From Candidatus Vogelbacteria bacterium (GTDB taxonomy: Bacteria; Patescibacteriota; Minisyncoccia; Phycocordibacterales; JACOZG01), in contig JACOZG010000021.1 of NCBI GenBank assembly GCA_016181465.1, positions 1-53,257 of the forward strand: a DNA stretch of 53,257 bases. The letters run 5' to 3'. Positions 18,918-27,545 of the stretch are shown piece after piece (within the stretch, counting starts at the first letter, position 1; the number at the start of each line of letters is the position of its first letter). A program made the position numbers and the translations under genes. Under the pieces are notes generated by a model. That model ran no database searches. It was not told where the DNA came from and saw only the letters and a program-made list of their open reading frames with translations.

Positions 18918-19617
18918 GCGCGGCGCCGAGGAAAAGAAAGGGCGCGAACGGCACCTCGCTCTTTAAATTATAACTTTTTAGCGCCACGAGCGCGAGGCCG
19001 ACCAGGGCGCCGGACCAAAACGCGAGCGCCGCGGCCGAGAAGGTCGCTGGCCAGCCGAGGAAAAGACCGAGGCCGAGCGCGAGTTTGGCGTCGCCAAGGC
19101 CGAGCCACCGGCCGCGCGAGACAAACCATAAAAGCCAAAGGGAGAGGCCGAAAGCGAGGCCGACGAGAGCGGCGTTGCCGGCCCAGCCCAGCCAAACCGA
19201 CCGCAGGAGAGCGACGACGATCAAGCCGTAGACAAAATGATCCGGAATAATCTTGTGTCGCCAGTCGTAGACCGTGATGACAATGAGCAGACTAAAAATA
19301 ATCCAGTCCACGACAAGGGTCCAAGCGAGGCCGTTGCCGCGCCAGAAACTGCCGAGGAAGAGTGCGGCCGTGAGCAATTCGACCACGGGATACTGCCAAG
19401 AAATTTTAGCTTGGCAGGTGCGGCAGCGGCCGAGCTGGATGAGAAAGCTCAAGACCGGAACGAGCTCAAACCACTTGAGCTCCTGACCGCAAATTAAACA
19501 GCCGGACCGGCCGAGCACCGTGTACCCGGTTTGGTAACGGTAAATCACGACATTCAAAAAACTGCCGACGATCAAACCGAAAATGAACACTGCCAACGGT
19601 ATTAACCAAATCATCAC
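18856..19617 (-). CDS. pilD: Prepilin peptidase (A24 family)
   Basis: 253 aa and polytopic. It has an N-terminal GSFLNVVIYR segment, the Cys pairs CLICGQ..CRTCQ and a GLGDAKL motif. Confidence 0.9.
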   Translation of the reverse strand: MMIWLIPLAVFIFGLIVGSFLNVVIYRYQTGYTVLGRSGCLICGQELKWFELVPVLSFLIQLGRCRTCQAKISWQYPVVELLTAALFLGSFWRGNGLAWTLVVDWIIFSLLIVITVYDWRHKIIPDHFVYGLIVVALLRSVWLGWAGNAALVGLAFGLSLWLLWFVSRGRWLGLGDAKLALGLGLFLGWPATFSAAALAFWSGALVGLALVALKSYNLKSEVPFAPFLFLGAALVYLFHLDVFALLSNLSFAV

Positions 19618-19689
19618 CTTAAATTATAACACGCGCCTAACACACCACCCCCTGACTTATCCACCACCAGAGTTACCGGCAAGACCGGC

Positions 19690-19702
19690 AAGGTTAAACC
19701 TC
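19690..19702 (-). repeat. REP-like hairpin overlapping the RAYT stop codon, inverted relative to the upstream copies
   Basis: The plus strand reads AAGGTTAAACCTC. The minus strand reads GAGGTTTAACCTTGCCGG, matching 17 of 18 positions of the TCAAGGTTTAACCTTGCCGG unit at 20473-20536. Confidence 0.7.
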
Positions 19703-20380
19703 GACAATAGCATCGTCAAAATTTATCCACAAGTTCAGAAAATCATCGAAATCTTTGCGACTTTGAAAATAATTTGGGAAATCATCTGGGGTAAGAATTT
19801 TATTGTGTGATCGCGGTAAACCAGTGTAATAGTGGTAACTTGAATACTCGTAACCGTTCAAAAATTCTTTTGCGGTCTCTTTATTTCTAATCGTCTTTCC
19901 TTCCCAATCTTTAGGGTCAACAGTTTTCACCGGATTGAGATGAATATATGCCAGAAGATAATTTAGATAACGATCATTGTCCACATGCTGGGCTTTGAAC
20001 GTACTTTCAAATAAACCGCCCGTCCGTTGGTATTTTTTATTAAAATACATCGAATAACCAGTTTGGAGCTTTTGCATCATGAGAGAAATACCCTTATCTT
20101 CTTTTTCTCTCACTAACAAGTGGAAGTGGTTTGGCATTAAGCAATAGGCGCCAACATCAACTAAACGTTCGTTCAAACTAATTGGAATCACGTTGAAAAT
20201 ATTTTCGACATTCTGTCCCGGCCAATCGCTGGGGTGAAATTGCTCTTTGCTGTTAGCGAGATAGAGCGATGCGAGAAATCTAATGTGATCACGATGATCA
20301 AGAAAGGTTTGGCGTTTGTCAAAACCGCGGTTGTAAAGATGATAATACTCACCCGGGGCAAAAGAGAATTTCCTGGTCAT
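19694..20380 (-). CDS. REP-associated tyrosine transposase (RAYT; IS200/IS605-type Y1 HUH transposase family)
   Basis: 228 aa. It has YHLYNRG near the N-terminus, the HUH motif LMPNHFHLL, and the catalytic Tyr region YLLAYIHLNPVK. It is a single gene flanked by inverted REP-like hairpins. Confidence 0.85.
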   Translation of the reverse strand: MTRKFSFAPGEYYHLYNRGFDKRQTFLDHRDHIRFLASLYLANSKEQFHPSDWPGQNVENIFNVIPISLNERLVDVGAYCLMPNHFHLLVREKEDKGISLMMQKLQTGYSMYFNKKYQRTGGLFESTFKAQHVDNDRYLNYLLAYIHLNPVKTVDPKDWEGKTIRNKETAKEFLNGYEYSSYHYYTGLPRSHNKILTPDDFPNYFQSRKDFDDFLNLWINFDDAIVEV

Positions 20381-20407
20381 TAAGTTTCAGTTTAATTCCA
20401 TTGCTAT

Positions 20408-20536
20408 CTTATGTCAAGGTTTAACCTTGCCAAAACCACGGTAAAGAAAAACCGGCATTTTTGCCGGAATCTCTTATGTCAAGGTTTAACCTTGCCGGAG
20501 GCTACTTATGTCAAGGTTTAACCTTGCCGGAGGCTA
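20408..20536 (+). repeat. Three REP-like units CTTATGTCAAGGTTTAACCTTGCC; the last two form an exact 32-bp tandem
   Basis: Units lie at 20408-20431, 20473-20496 and 20505-20528. Segments 20473-20504 and 20505-20536 are identical (CTTATGTCAAGGTTTAACCTTGCCGGAGGCTA). Confidence 0.85.
20443..20467 (-). terminator. Intrinsic terminator after pilA, embedded between REP units
   Basis: The minus strand reads CCGGCA-aaaa-TGCCGG followed by TTTTTCTTT. Confidence 0.6.
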
Positions 20537-20546
20537 GGGCTGAAAA

Positions 20547-21029
20547 CTAATCGCAGGCTTGATCAGTAATAGTCGGAGCTCCAGTCGTTTGTTTTGATGC
20601 TCCATTACTGTCAGCGCACCAATATTCACCAGTATCATTGACTAATTGAGCAGAAGCAGCCCACGCTGTCGCTGTACTATCACAAGCTACAGCGCCTGAA
20701 GGCACATCTATAGCATCTAATATGGCTTGAACTTGGGTATTCGCCCACAAACTGTCAGCAGTACCACCAGAGCAATCAGTAGAAGCTGTACCGTAATCAC
20801 TGTTATCATCGTAAAAAATCTCGGCTTGAGAACGAAGACTGGCCATTTCTGATTTAATTTGAGCGTCTCGAGCCTTATTTCTAGCAGTACTCAACGATGT
20901 CAACACAATACCGGACAAGATGCCGATGATGGCGATGACGACGAGGAGTTCGATCAGGGTGAAACCCGCCCCGCCTACGGCGGTTCGGGCAGGCCCTTTC
21001 TTAGCAACTTTCAAGAAATTCGAATTCAT
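20547..21029 (-). CDS. pilA: Type IV major pilin
   Basis: 160 aa with the motif GGAG|FTLIELLVVIAIIGILSGIVL and a C-terminal Cys pair (C..C). It has its own AT-rich upstream region. Confidence 0.85.
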   Translation of the reverse strand: MNSNFLKVAKKGPARTAVGGAGFTLIELLVVIAIIGILSGIVLTSLSTARNKARDAQIKSEMASLRSQAEIFYDDNSDYGTASTDCSGGTADSLWANTQVQAILDAIDVPSGAVACDSTATAWAASAQLVNDTGEYWCADSNGASKQTTGAPTITDQACD

Positions 21030-21088
21030 AATTTTGATAATTATTTAATAATTAAAAACATTTCGACTTTTGTTTATAATAACACTTA

Positions 21089-21448
21089 TTAGACCGCAAG
21101 ACCAACCACTTTTTCCACTTTCATCAACCGCTTCTCGTGGGTAACAAAAATGTCAAGGCGGTTATCAAGATTACTTAATTTTTGGTCAACGCCATCGAAC
21201 CTGGTCTCTACTTTCTCAAACTTATCACCTACCTCGTCAAAACCAAGTTTGGTGGCTTTAGCTAAACGACCAAGATCGTTCTGCAAACTTTCAATATCCG
21301 TCCGTAAACCAGCAATGTCGGCTTTATCGGCTTTTTTGGATAATTCGGCACGGACATCGGCAAAACCGCTCTCGACCATTTTTGTCAAACTCCTGACATC
21401 AGTGGCCAAACTATCTAAGGTCACCGGCTTTTCGGCTGATTTCGCCAT
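21089..21448 (-). CDS. Hypothetical coiled-coil protein
   Basis: 119 aa, highly charged and heptad-like (ADIAGLRTDIESLQNDLGRLAKA..). It is preferred over the antisense ORF 21150..21674. Confidence 0.55.
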   Translation of the reverse strand: MAKSAEKPVTLDSLATDVRSLTKMVESGFADVRAELSKKADKADIAGLRTDIESLQNDLGRLAKATKLGFDEVGDKFEKVETRFDGVDQKLSNLDNRLDIFVTHEKRLMKVEKVVGLAV

Positions 21449-21496
21449 AACCTATTATATCACCTGGCTGGAAAAGGCAAGTGTGGATAAGAAGGA

Positions 21497-21600
21497 AACG
21501 CAAAACGTAAAGAGAAAAGCTAAAAATAACAGTTTAAAACTTAAAACATTGTTAATTTTGAGCTGTTGTTTAAAACTTTGCGCTTTTAACTTTAAACTTC
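21497..21600. repeat. AT-rich imperfect long palindrome, copy A (between pilC and the coiled-coil gene)
   Basis: It shares roughly 70 nt of clear similarity with 22866-22969 (..AACAGTTTAAAACTTAAAACATTGTTAATTTTGAGCTGTTGTTTAAAAC..). The left and right halves are imperfect reverse complements. Confidence 0.7.
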
Positions 21601-21622
21601 CTAGATTCCCTGCGCCAGATTG

Positions 21623-21652
21623 CCCGCCCGACCGAACGGTCGTTCGGGCGGG
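21623..21652 (-). terminator. GC-rich hairpin immediately after the pilC stop
   Basis: CCCGCCCGA (21623-21631) pairs with TCGGGCGGG (21644-21652). There is no clean U tail, so it may be a processing or stability element rather than a terminator. Confidence 0.45.
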
Positions 21653-21661
21653 TAGATCGTA

Positions 21662-22864
21662 TCAAATACCCTGAGCTAAATTATAAATTGGTAAAAGAAC
21701 CGAAGTCAGGAGAATGCCGACCATCACGCCGAGGAGGACAATGAGCGCCGGCTCGATCAAGTCCACCAGGGTCTTGATTTCATTATCCACCTCGCGCCGG
21801 TAAAAGCGGGACAGGGTTTCCAACACAAACCCGAGCTTGCCGGTTTCCTCGCCGACCTTCATCATCTGAACCATAATGGTCGGGATCTCGCGGTACTTGT
21901 ACATCACGGTGGAGATCAGCGAGCCAGCTTTCAGATTGACGCCGGCTTCAACCAGGATCCCGCGATAAACCTCATTGTCCACCACATCAGCGGTGATCTC
22001 GATTGCCCGAACCATCGAAATACCCGAGGTCAGCATAGTCGAGAGATTGTCGGCGATGCGCGAGAGATAGATCTTGCGGTAGAGATTGCCGATGTAGGGC
22101 ACGGCCAGTTTAAAACGGGAGACGCTCACCTGGCCGACTGCGGTGTGGGCATAACGATTGACGAAAACCGTCAGAATCACGAGGAGGATAAACAAAAACA
22201 CGCCGTAATTGACGAAAAAATTAGACACGGCGATGACAATCTTGGTGTAAATCGGGATGTCTTGGCCGGTCTCGGTCAAAATGGCGGTCAAACGGGGAAT
22301 GACAAAAGTCAGCATCAGAATCATGACGCCGATAAAGGAGACGATAATGAAAATCGGATAAATCAGAGCGTTCCGGGCTTTGGAAGAAAGTTCGTAGGAC
22401 CGCTCCAGGTGATCAGCCAAATAATTAAAGTTGTCCGAAATGCGGCCCGATTCCTCGCCGGCTTCGACCATGTGAACATAGAAATTGGAGAAGACCTTCG
22501 GGTGTTTGCCGAGCGCCTCGGAAATGGTCACGCCGGCTTTAACATCGTCCGTAACCTCGGTTAGAATCCGGCGCAGAACCGGATTCTCGGCCTCGGTGGC
22601 GAGCATTCGGAAAGTGGACAAGGCCGAAACCTTGGCTTCAAACAGGGTGGCGATTTGGCGCGACAAGATCACCACATCCTTGTTTTTGATTCGACTGGCG
22701 GAAAGCAGGCGGGCAAACCAGGAACCGGCGCCTTCGGCCTTGACATCAATGACAATCAGTCCGCGGCGCTGGAGCGAGGCAATGGCGAGATTGGCGCTTG
22801 GCGCCTCCACCGTGCCGGCTTGCGCTTCGCCTTCTTTAGTGGTGGCTTGGTAGTTGAAAATCAT
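21662..22864 (-). CDS. pilC: Type IV pilus platform protein (GspF family)
   Basis: 400 aa with two GspF-type repeats and three TM segments. It lies downstream of pilT. Confidence 0.93.
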   Translation of the reverse strand: MIFNYQATTKEGEAQAGTVEAPSANLAIASLQRRGLIVIDVKAEGAGSWFARLLSASRIKNKDVVILSRQIATLFEAKVSALSTFRMLATEAENPVLRRILTEVTDDVKAGVTISEALGKHPKVFSNFYVHMVEAGEESGRISDNFNYLADHLERSYELSSKARNALIYPIFIIVSFIGVMILMLTFVIPRLTAILTETGQDIPIYTKIVIAVSNFFVNYGVFLFILLVILTVFVNRYAHTAVGQVSVSRFKLAVPYIGNLYRKIYLSRIADNLSTMLTSGISMVRAIEITADVVDNEVYRGILVEAGVNLKAGSLISTVMYKYREIPTIMVQMMKVGEETGKLGFVLETLSRFYRREVDNEIKTLVDLIEPALIVLLGVMVGILLTSVLLPIYNLAQGI

Positions 22865-22865
22865 G

Positions 22866-22969
22866 GAAACGTAAAGCTAAAAACGAAAAACTTAAAACAA
22901 CAATTTAAAACTTAAAATATTTTGAATTTTGAGTTGTTGCTTTAAACTTTTCACTTTAAATTTTACACT
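22866..22969. repeat. AT-rich imperfect long palindrome, copy B (fills the pilT-pilC intergenic region)
   Basis: It occupies essentially the whole 105-nt spacer. The two roughly 48-nt arms are imperfect reverse complements, and the unit is similar to copy A. Confidence 0.7.
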
Positions 22970-24034
22970 TTAGAGTAGGCGGTCGAGGCCTTTGGGATTG
23001 AGCGAATAGCGGTAGGCGTTCTCGGAAGTAATCTCGCCGCGCTGAACCAATTCAGACAATGAGTGATTCAAATCAACCATGCCCTGATCCGAACCGGTCT
23101 CAATCACCACATCAATTTCCGGCGTTCGACCCTCACGGACGAGATTGGCGACGGCGGTGTTGTTGAGCAGGAGTTCATAGGCCGGAATCAGACCGCCGGA
23201 GACACGGGCAATAAGCCGCTGGGAAAAGATGCCGATTAAGGAGCCCGCGAGCTGAACCCGAATTTGTCTTTGCTGATTGGCCGGGAACGAATCAATGATC
23301 CGATCAATGGTCTGGGAAGCGGAGTTGGTGTGGAGGGTGGAAAGAATCAAGTGGCCGGTTTCGGCGGCGGTAACGGCCGTACTAATCGTTTCGGGATTCC
23401 GCATCTCGCCGATCATCGCCACATTGACATCCTGCCGGAACATTGAACGCAAGGCGATGTGGAAACTCTTGGTGTCGAAACGAACTTCGCGCTGATCAAT
23501 GATTGACCGGTCGGAAACGAACATATACTCAATCGGATCCTCAATGGTGATAATGTGCTCGGAACGTTCTTGATTGATCAGCTGGACCATCGCGGCCAAA
23601 GTGGTGGATTTGCCCTGGCCGACCGGTCCGACCACCAGAAAAAAACCTTGTTTCCGGCGGGCGAAATCGGCCAAGCGGTCCGGCAGATTGAGTTCGACGA
23701 GCGACGGTATCTTAGTCGAGATCAGACGGAAAGCCGCGCCGACAAAGCCCTTCTGGTAAAAAGCGTTGCAGCGGAAACGGACACCGGCGGCGACCGAGTA
23801 AGAAAAGTCAATTTCCTTCTCGGCCAGAAAAAGCTTTTTGTTGACATCGCTTAAGGCCTCGGTGACGAGCCCCATTGTGTCTTCCGCCGTCAGAATATTT
23901 TTCTTGACCACCGGGATCAAGTCGCCCGCCACGCGAATCGTCGGGTGCCGGCCGACGGTTAAATGAAGGTCTGATCCCCCTTCTTTGGTAACAATCAAAA
24001 CCAGATCCTCCAATTCGCGTTTGTAATCACTCAT
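22970..24034 (-). CDS. pilT: Twitching-motility (retraction) ATPase
   Basis: Walker A is GPVGQGKST, with ITIEDPIEY, the Asp box and the His box TGHLILSTLHTN. The start is set at ATG 24034 (MSDYKRE..), giving an 8-nt overlap with the receiver gene. Confidence 0.93.
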   Translation of the reverse strand: MSDYKRELEDLVLIVTKEGGSDLHLTVGRHPTIRVAGDLIPVVKKNILTAEDTMGLVTEALSDVNKKLFLAEKEIDFSYSVAAGVRFRCNAFYQKGFVGAAFRLISTKIPSLVELNLPDRLADFARRKQGFFLVVGPVGQGKSTTLAAMVQLINQERSEHIITIEDPIEYMFVSDRSIIDQREVRFDTKSFHIALRSMFRQDVNVAMIGEMRNPETISTAVTAAETGHLILSTLHTNSASQTIDRIIDSFPANQQRQIRVQLAGSLIGIFSQRLIARVSGGLIPAYELLLNNTAVANLVREGRTPEIDVVIETGSDQGMVDLNHSLSELVQRGEITSENAYRYSLNPKGLDRLL

Positions 24035-24431
24035 TTTTGACTTTTGATTTTGACTCGGCGGCAATCGCGCTCACCTTATTGACCACTTCCGAGGGCGTGG
24101 CCGAGGCCTTGATGATGTAGCCGTCCACCCCCAAACCCAGACCTTTCTCAATGTCTTCTTTCTGACCGAGATTGGAAAGGATGATGATCGCCGCCTCCTT
24201 ATTCGCCCCCTGCTCGCGCAATTTCTCAATCAGCTGAAAGCCGTCCATACCGGGCATAATCAGATCCACCAGAAAAATAGCGGGCTGGAAACCGGCATTA
24301 AATTGAGCCAGGGCGTCGTCGGCCGAGAGCGCGGTGGCCACCTCAAAACCGCGCTCGCTGAACTTGAGCGCGTACATATCCAGCAAAAACTTATCGTCGT
24401 CAACAATCAAAATTTTAGATTTTTGGTCCAT
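24027..24431 (-). CDS. Single-domain response regulator (CheY/PilH-like receiver)
   Basis: 134 aa with KILIVDDD, the phospho-acceptor context FLVDLIMPGMDG, and K in GYIIKA. There is no output domain. Confidence 0.9.
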   Translation of the reverse strand: MDQKSKILIVDDDKFLLDMYALKFSERGFEVATALSADDALAQFNAGFQPAIFLVDLIMPGMDGFQLIEKLREQGANKEAAIIILSNLGQKEDIEKGLGLGVDGYIIKASATPSEVVNKVSAIAAESKSKVKNE

Positions 24432-24448
24432 AGTGTTTCTTAATTATA

Positions 24449-26014
24449 CTACAGCTTGCTCACCTCTTCAAAAGGCACCAGGCCGTCAAAGGCCTTCAAG
24501 AGGCAATCCTCGCGCATGGTTAAGAGGCCGTTCGCCCGGGCCACTTTGGTAATCTCTGACTCCACCGGATTAGTCAAAATCAGCTCCTCCAGCTCTTTAT
24601 TCATCGCCAGCACCTCAAAAACCGCGGTTCGACCCTTAGTGCCGCCGGAGCAGGTGGCCGAGCGCTTGGCCCGATAAACCGCCGGCGGCACCTTGATCTT
24701 GGACCGGAAACGGGGTGAGATGCCTTCCAGCTCTTTGTCAATCATGGCCTTAACCGAGCCCTCGACCGGCACTGGCTCTTTTGAGTCCGGACACAGAAGC
24801 GGCACCAAGCGCTGGGCAATGGCCAGGACTAAAGTGGCCGGAATGAGATAGGCGTCCACCCCCATATCAATGAGACGCGGCACCACGCCGGCGGTGTTGT
24901 TGGTGTGCAAGGTGGCAAACACCAGATGGCCGGTGAGCGAGGCCTGAACCGCCAGCTTGGCCGTTTCCGAATCGCGGATTTCCCCGACCATGATAATGTC
25001 CGGGTCCTGGCGGAGAATGGAGCGGAGACCGTTGGCAAAAGTATAATTGATTTCCGGCTGAACCTGCGATTGATTCATCCCCGCGATATTGTACTCAATC
25101 GGATCTTCCAGGGAAACGGCGTTATTTTTCTCCTTGTCTATTTCCTGAAGCATGGAATAGAGAGTGGTGGTTTTGCCAGAACCGGTCGGGCCGGTTAGGA
25201 GGATCAAACCGTACGGCCGTTTAATCATCTCGTCTATAATCTCCAGGTTGCCGGCCGACAAGCCGAGCGAGGGCAGAGTCAGAAGCGTGCGTTCCGGATC
25301 AAGAATCCGGATCACCACCTTCTCGCCGAAATAGGTCGGCATGGTGGAGACGCGGAAATCAATTTTCCGATTTTCAATCCGGGCGGAAAAGCGGCCGTCC
25401 TGTGGTTTGCGACGTTCATCCAGCTTCATATTCGTCAAAATCTTGATCCGCGCCACCACCGAATCATGAACCGCGTTAGGCAAAAACAACGAGGTGTAGA
25501 GAGCGCCGTCAACTCGAAAGCGCACCTTGACCCGATCGCCGGTGGGTTCAATATGGATGTCCGAGGCGTTGCCGCTCGTCGCATGCTGGAGAATCACGGC
25601 GACAATTTTCGTCACCGGCGCCTCTTCAATGATCTTGGCCGCGGCCGCCGGCTTAACCGCGGTCGCCGGTTCGTCGGCCTTGGCTTTTTCAATCTCCACA
25701 TCCAGATCGCTCAAGGCCTTGGACACTTGGCTGGTTAGTCCTTCGTAACTTTGCAAAACATTGTCAAAACTGACTTGAGAAATCCGAAAAATCTTGTACG
25801 GGAAACCGAGTTTGGAAGCGATGAATTGGAGGGCGTCGCGGGCCTCGAGGTTGCCCGGATCAAGCATGCCGACTTCCAAGACGCCGTCTTTCAACCCGAG
25901 CGGGACGAACTGGTAATGGACGACGGAATTTCGCGAAACATAATTCAAGACCTCCGGCGCGATCTGGTGATCCGGCGGCACTTCCCGAATTGGAATTTCG
26001 ACTTTATCGTCCAC
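24449..26014 (-). CDS. pilB: Type IV pilus assembly ATPase (GspE family)
   Basis: It has a T2SSE N-domain, Walker A LTGPTGSGKTTT, SLEDPIEY, TGHLVFATLHTN and a Cys cluster. No in-frame ATG is available, so the start is provisionally set at GTG 26014. The longer ORF overlaps the upstream gene out of frame. Confidence 0.9.
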   Translation of the reverse strand: MDDKVEIPIREVPPDHQIAPEVLNYVSRNSVVHYQFVPLGLKDGVLEVGMLDPGNLEARDALQFIASKLGFPYKIFRISQVSFDNVLQSYEGLTSQVSKALSDLDVEIEKAKADEPATAVKPAAAAKIIEEAPVTKIVAVILQHATSGNASDIHIEPTGDRVKVRFRVDGALYTSLFLPNAVHDSVVARIKILTNMKLDERRKPQDGRFSARIENRKIDFRVSTMPTYFGEKVVIRILDPERTLLTLPSLGLSAGNLEIIDEMIKRPYGLILLTGPTGSGKTTTLYSMLQEIDKEKNNAVSLEDPIEYNIAGMNQSQVQPEINYTFANGLRSILRQDPDIIMVGEIRDSETAKLAVQASLTGHLVFATLHTNNTAGVVPRLIDMGVDAYLIPATLVLAIAQRLVPLLCPDSKEPVPVEGSVKAMIDKELEGISPRFRSKIKVPPAVYRAKRSATCSGGTKGRTAVFEVLAMNKELEELILTNPVESEITKVARANGLLTMREDCLLKAFDGLVPFEEVSKL

Positions 26015-26369
26015 GGGTGGTGGTCGCGCTCGTACTCGTGGTGGCGGTTTCCCCGGCGTCAAAACCGGGCGGGGCGAAGGGGTTCTTCCGGCCGGCGGGT
26101 TCAGATACGAGCGCCCGGCGGAAATTAACCAAACTGTCCCAAACCGGGTGATTGAAAACCGCCTCGGCGTCAAGCTCAATGTCTTCCAGCCGATCGAGTA
26201 AACGCAAAAACTCGTCGTCAACCGGCGCGCCGGACGGCCGGGCGCTCGTCGCTTCGACCCCGGGCGGCTCGCTGGGCTCGCCGCTGACAAACAACGCCCG
26301 ATAAATAAACAGCGCGGCGGCGAAACCGACCGCCAGAATGATGATTTTAAAAATAACCCGTTTAGTCAT
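26004..26369 (-). CDS. Small membrane-anchored pilus-locus protein
   Basis: 121 aa with an N-terminal TM helix (FKIIILAVGFAAALFIY) and a Pro/Thr-rich tail. It occupies the position between pilO and pilB. Confidence 0.6.
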   Translation of the reverse strand: MTKRVIFKIIILAVGFAAALFIYRALFVSGEPSEPPGVEATSARPSGAPVDDEFLRLLDRLEDIELDAEAVFNHPVWDSLVNFRRALVSEPAGRKNPFAPPGFDAGETATTSTSATTTRGR

Positions 26370-26376
26370 AACTAAA

Positions 26377-26907
26377 TTATTTCAACCAGTAAGTCCGCAA
26401 GCTGATTTGATAATCGTAAAGATTGCGGTCGTTGGCGGTAAAAGACAGCGAGTCAAGATCAACGATCCGAAGACTCTTGGCCAGATCGTCTAAAAAGAGT
26501 TTCAGAATCTCGTAGGAACTGGAAACGGCAAAACTGATCACCGCGGAACTCTCCCCGGCCGCCGGCGCCGGCTTATCCTCTTTGGCCTCTTCTTTAACGA
26601 TATTTGGGTTCCGGATCGTCAGACCGTATTTTTTGGCGATGTCGTTGATGTCAATAATCAAACGAACATTATCAATGTTATTCGGCAAAAATTCTTCCAG
26701 ATTCTTTTCGTCCGCCGGGTCAATAGCGTTATAGATCGCCGCCAGTTCGTCCTGCCGCTCCTTAAGTTTATTGGCGTGGGCCAGCGCGACCGTTAATTCC
26801 GCCTGCTGGATTTTCAGGGCGTCAACCTGATCCAAAAGCGGCGCCGTGAAATAGAAAAAGACCGCCGCCGCCAATCCAAGAATCAGAAATGGTAAAATGA
26901 TTTTCAT
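26377..26907 (-). CDS. pilO: PilO-like pilus assembly protein
   Basis: 176 aa with an N-terminal TM helix, then a coiled coil (ALKIQQAELTVALAHANKLKERQDEL) and a C-terminal alpha/beta domain. It follows pilN. Confidence 0.65.
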   Translation of the reverse strand: MKIILPFLILGLAAAVFFYFTAPLLDQVDALKIQQAELTVALAHANKLKERQDELAAIYNAIDPADEKNLEEFLPNNIDNVRLIIDINDIAKKYGLTIRNPNIVKEEAKEDKPAPAAGESSAVISFAVSSSYEILKLFLDDLAKSLRIVDLDSLSFTANDRNLYDYQISLRTYWLK

Positions 26908-27524
26908 AGCGGTTCAGCGGTCAAATCACCAAAATAAGACAGGACCGCCGGCGCCAAATCAAGTTTCAGATTGAACGAAACGCGGCCGGCGCTGTCAATA
27001 TTCAAATCGGAAAAAATGAAATCGGCCACCCGTCGGTCCTCGGAGAAGATGATGGACTGCAGGGCAATCCCCTCGTAATTCTTCGCCGAGCCGCGCAGGG
27101 TCAAACCGGGTCCGGTCTGGCTGAAACTGGAGTAGCGGACCGTCTGCAATGTCTCCGCTTCCAGCAATCGGAAAACCGGCAGGAGGGTGCGGTGATTATT
27201 GAGGATGGCGACCGCCCGTTTCAACAATTTATCCAGCCGTTCAATCTTCAAAATCAAGGCCTGATCAAGCGACTGGCGCCGCACTTCAATCGAAGCCAGG
27301 AGCCCGCAACCCTCGATCGCTCCTGGATTAGCCGACGGGCAGTTACGATTGATCTCGCTGTCTAAGGTCGCTCGATAAACATAGACCCCGCCGAAAAAGA
27401 GAAGAGCGACCACTAAAACGACCAGGCTAAGGAGGAAGAAAAGACCAAGCGGCTCCCGCCGGGGGCGCGGCTCCTTAGTCAAGACCTGTTTGGGAATGAA
27501 TGATGATTGAATATCTGCGGCCAT
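26904..27524 (-). CDS. pilN: PilN-like pilus assembly protein
   Basis: 206 aa with a short cytoplasmic N-terminus, a single TM helix (LGLFFLLSLVVLVVALLFFGG) and a periplasmic-type domain. It has a 4-nt overlap with pilO. Confidence 0.6.
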   Translation of the reverse strand: MAADIQSSFIPKQVLTKEPRPRREPLGLFFLLSLVVLVVALLFFGGVYVYRATLDSEINRNCPSANPGAIEGCGLLASIEVRRQSLDQALILKIERLDKLLKRAVAILNNHRTLLPVFRLLEAETLQTVRYSSFSQTGPGLTLRGSAKNYEGIALQSIIFSEDRRVADFIFSDLNIDSAGRVSFNLKLDLAPAVLSYFGDLTAEPL

Positions 27525-27545
27525 AATCCACGATCAATTAAGCAA

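Larger units (their letters stand above)
19676..20536 (-). mobile_element. RAYT plus flanking REP module inserted between pilA and pilD
   Basis: Combines the RAYT CDS with the flanking REP units in inverted orientation. It interrupts an otherwise contiguous type IV pilus gene series. Confidence 0.7.

Noticed and set aside
20473-20536. Possible CRISPR array (exact 32-bp tandem repeat)
   Set aside because: There are only two adjacent units with no spacers between them. The units contain the REP hairpin and flank a RAYT gene.
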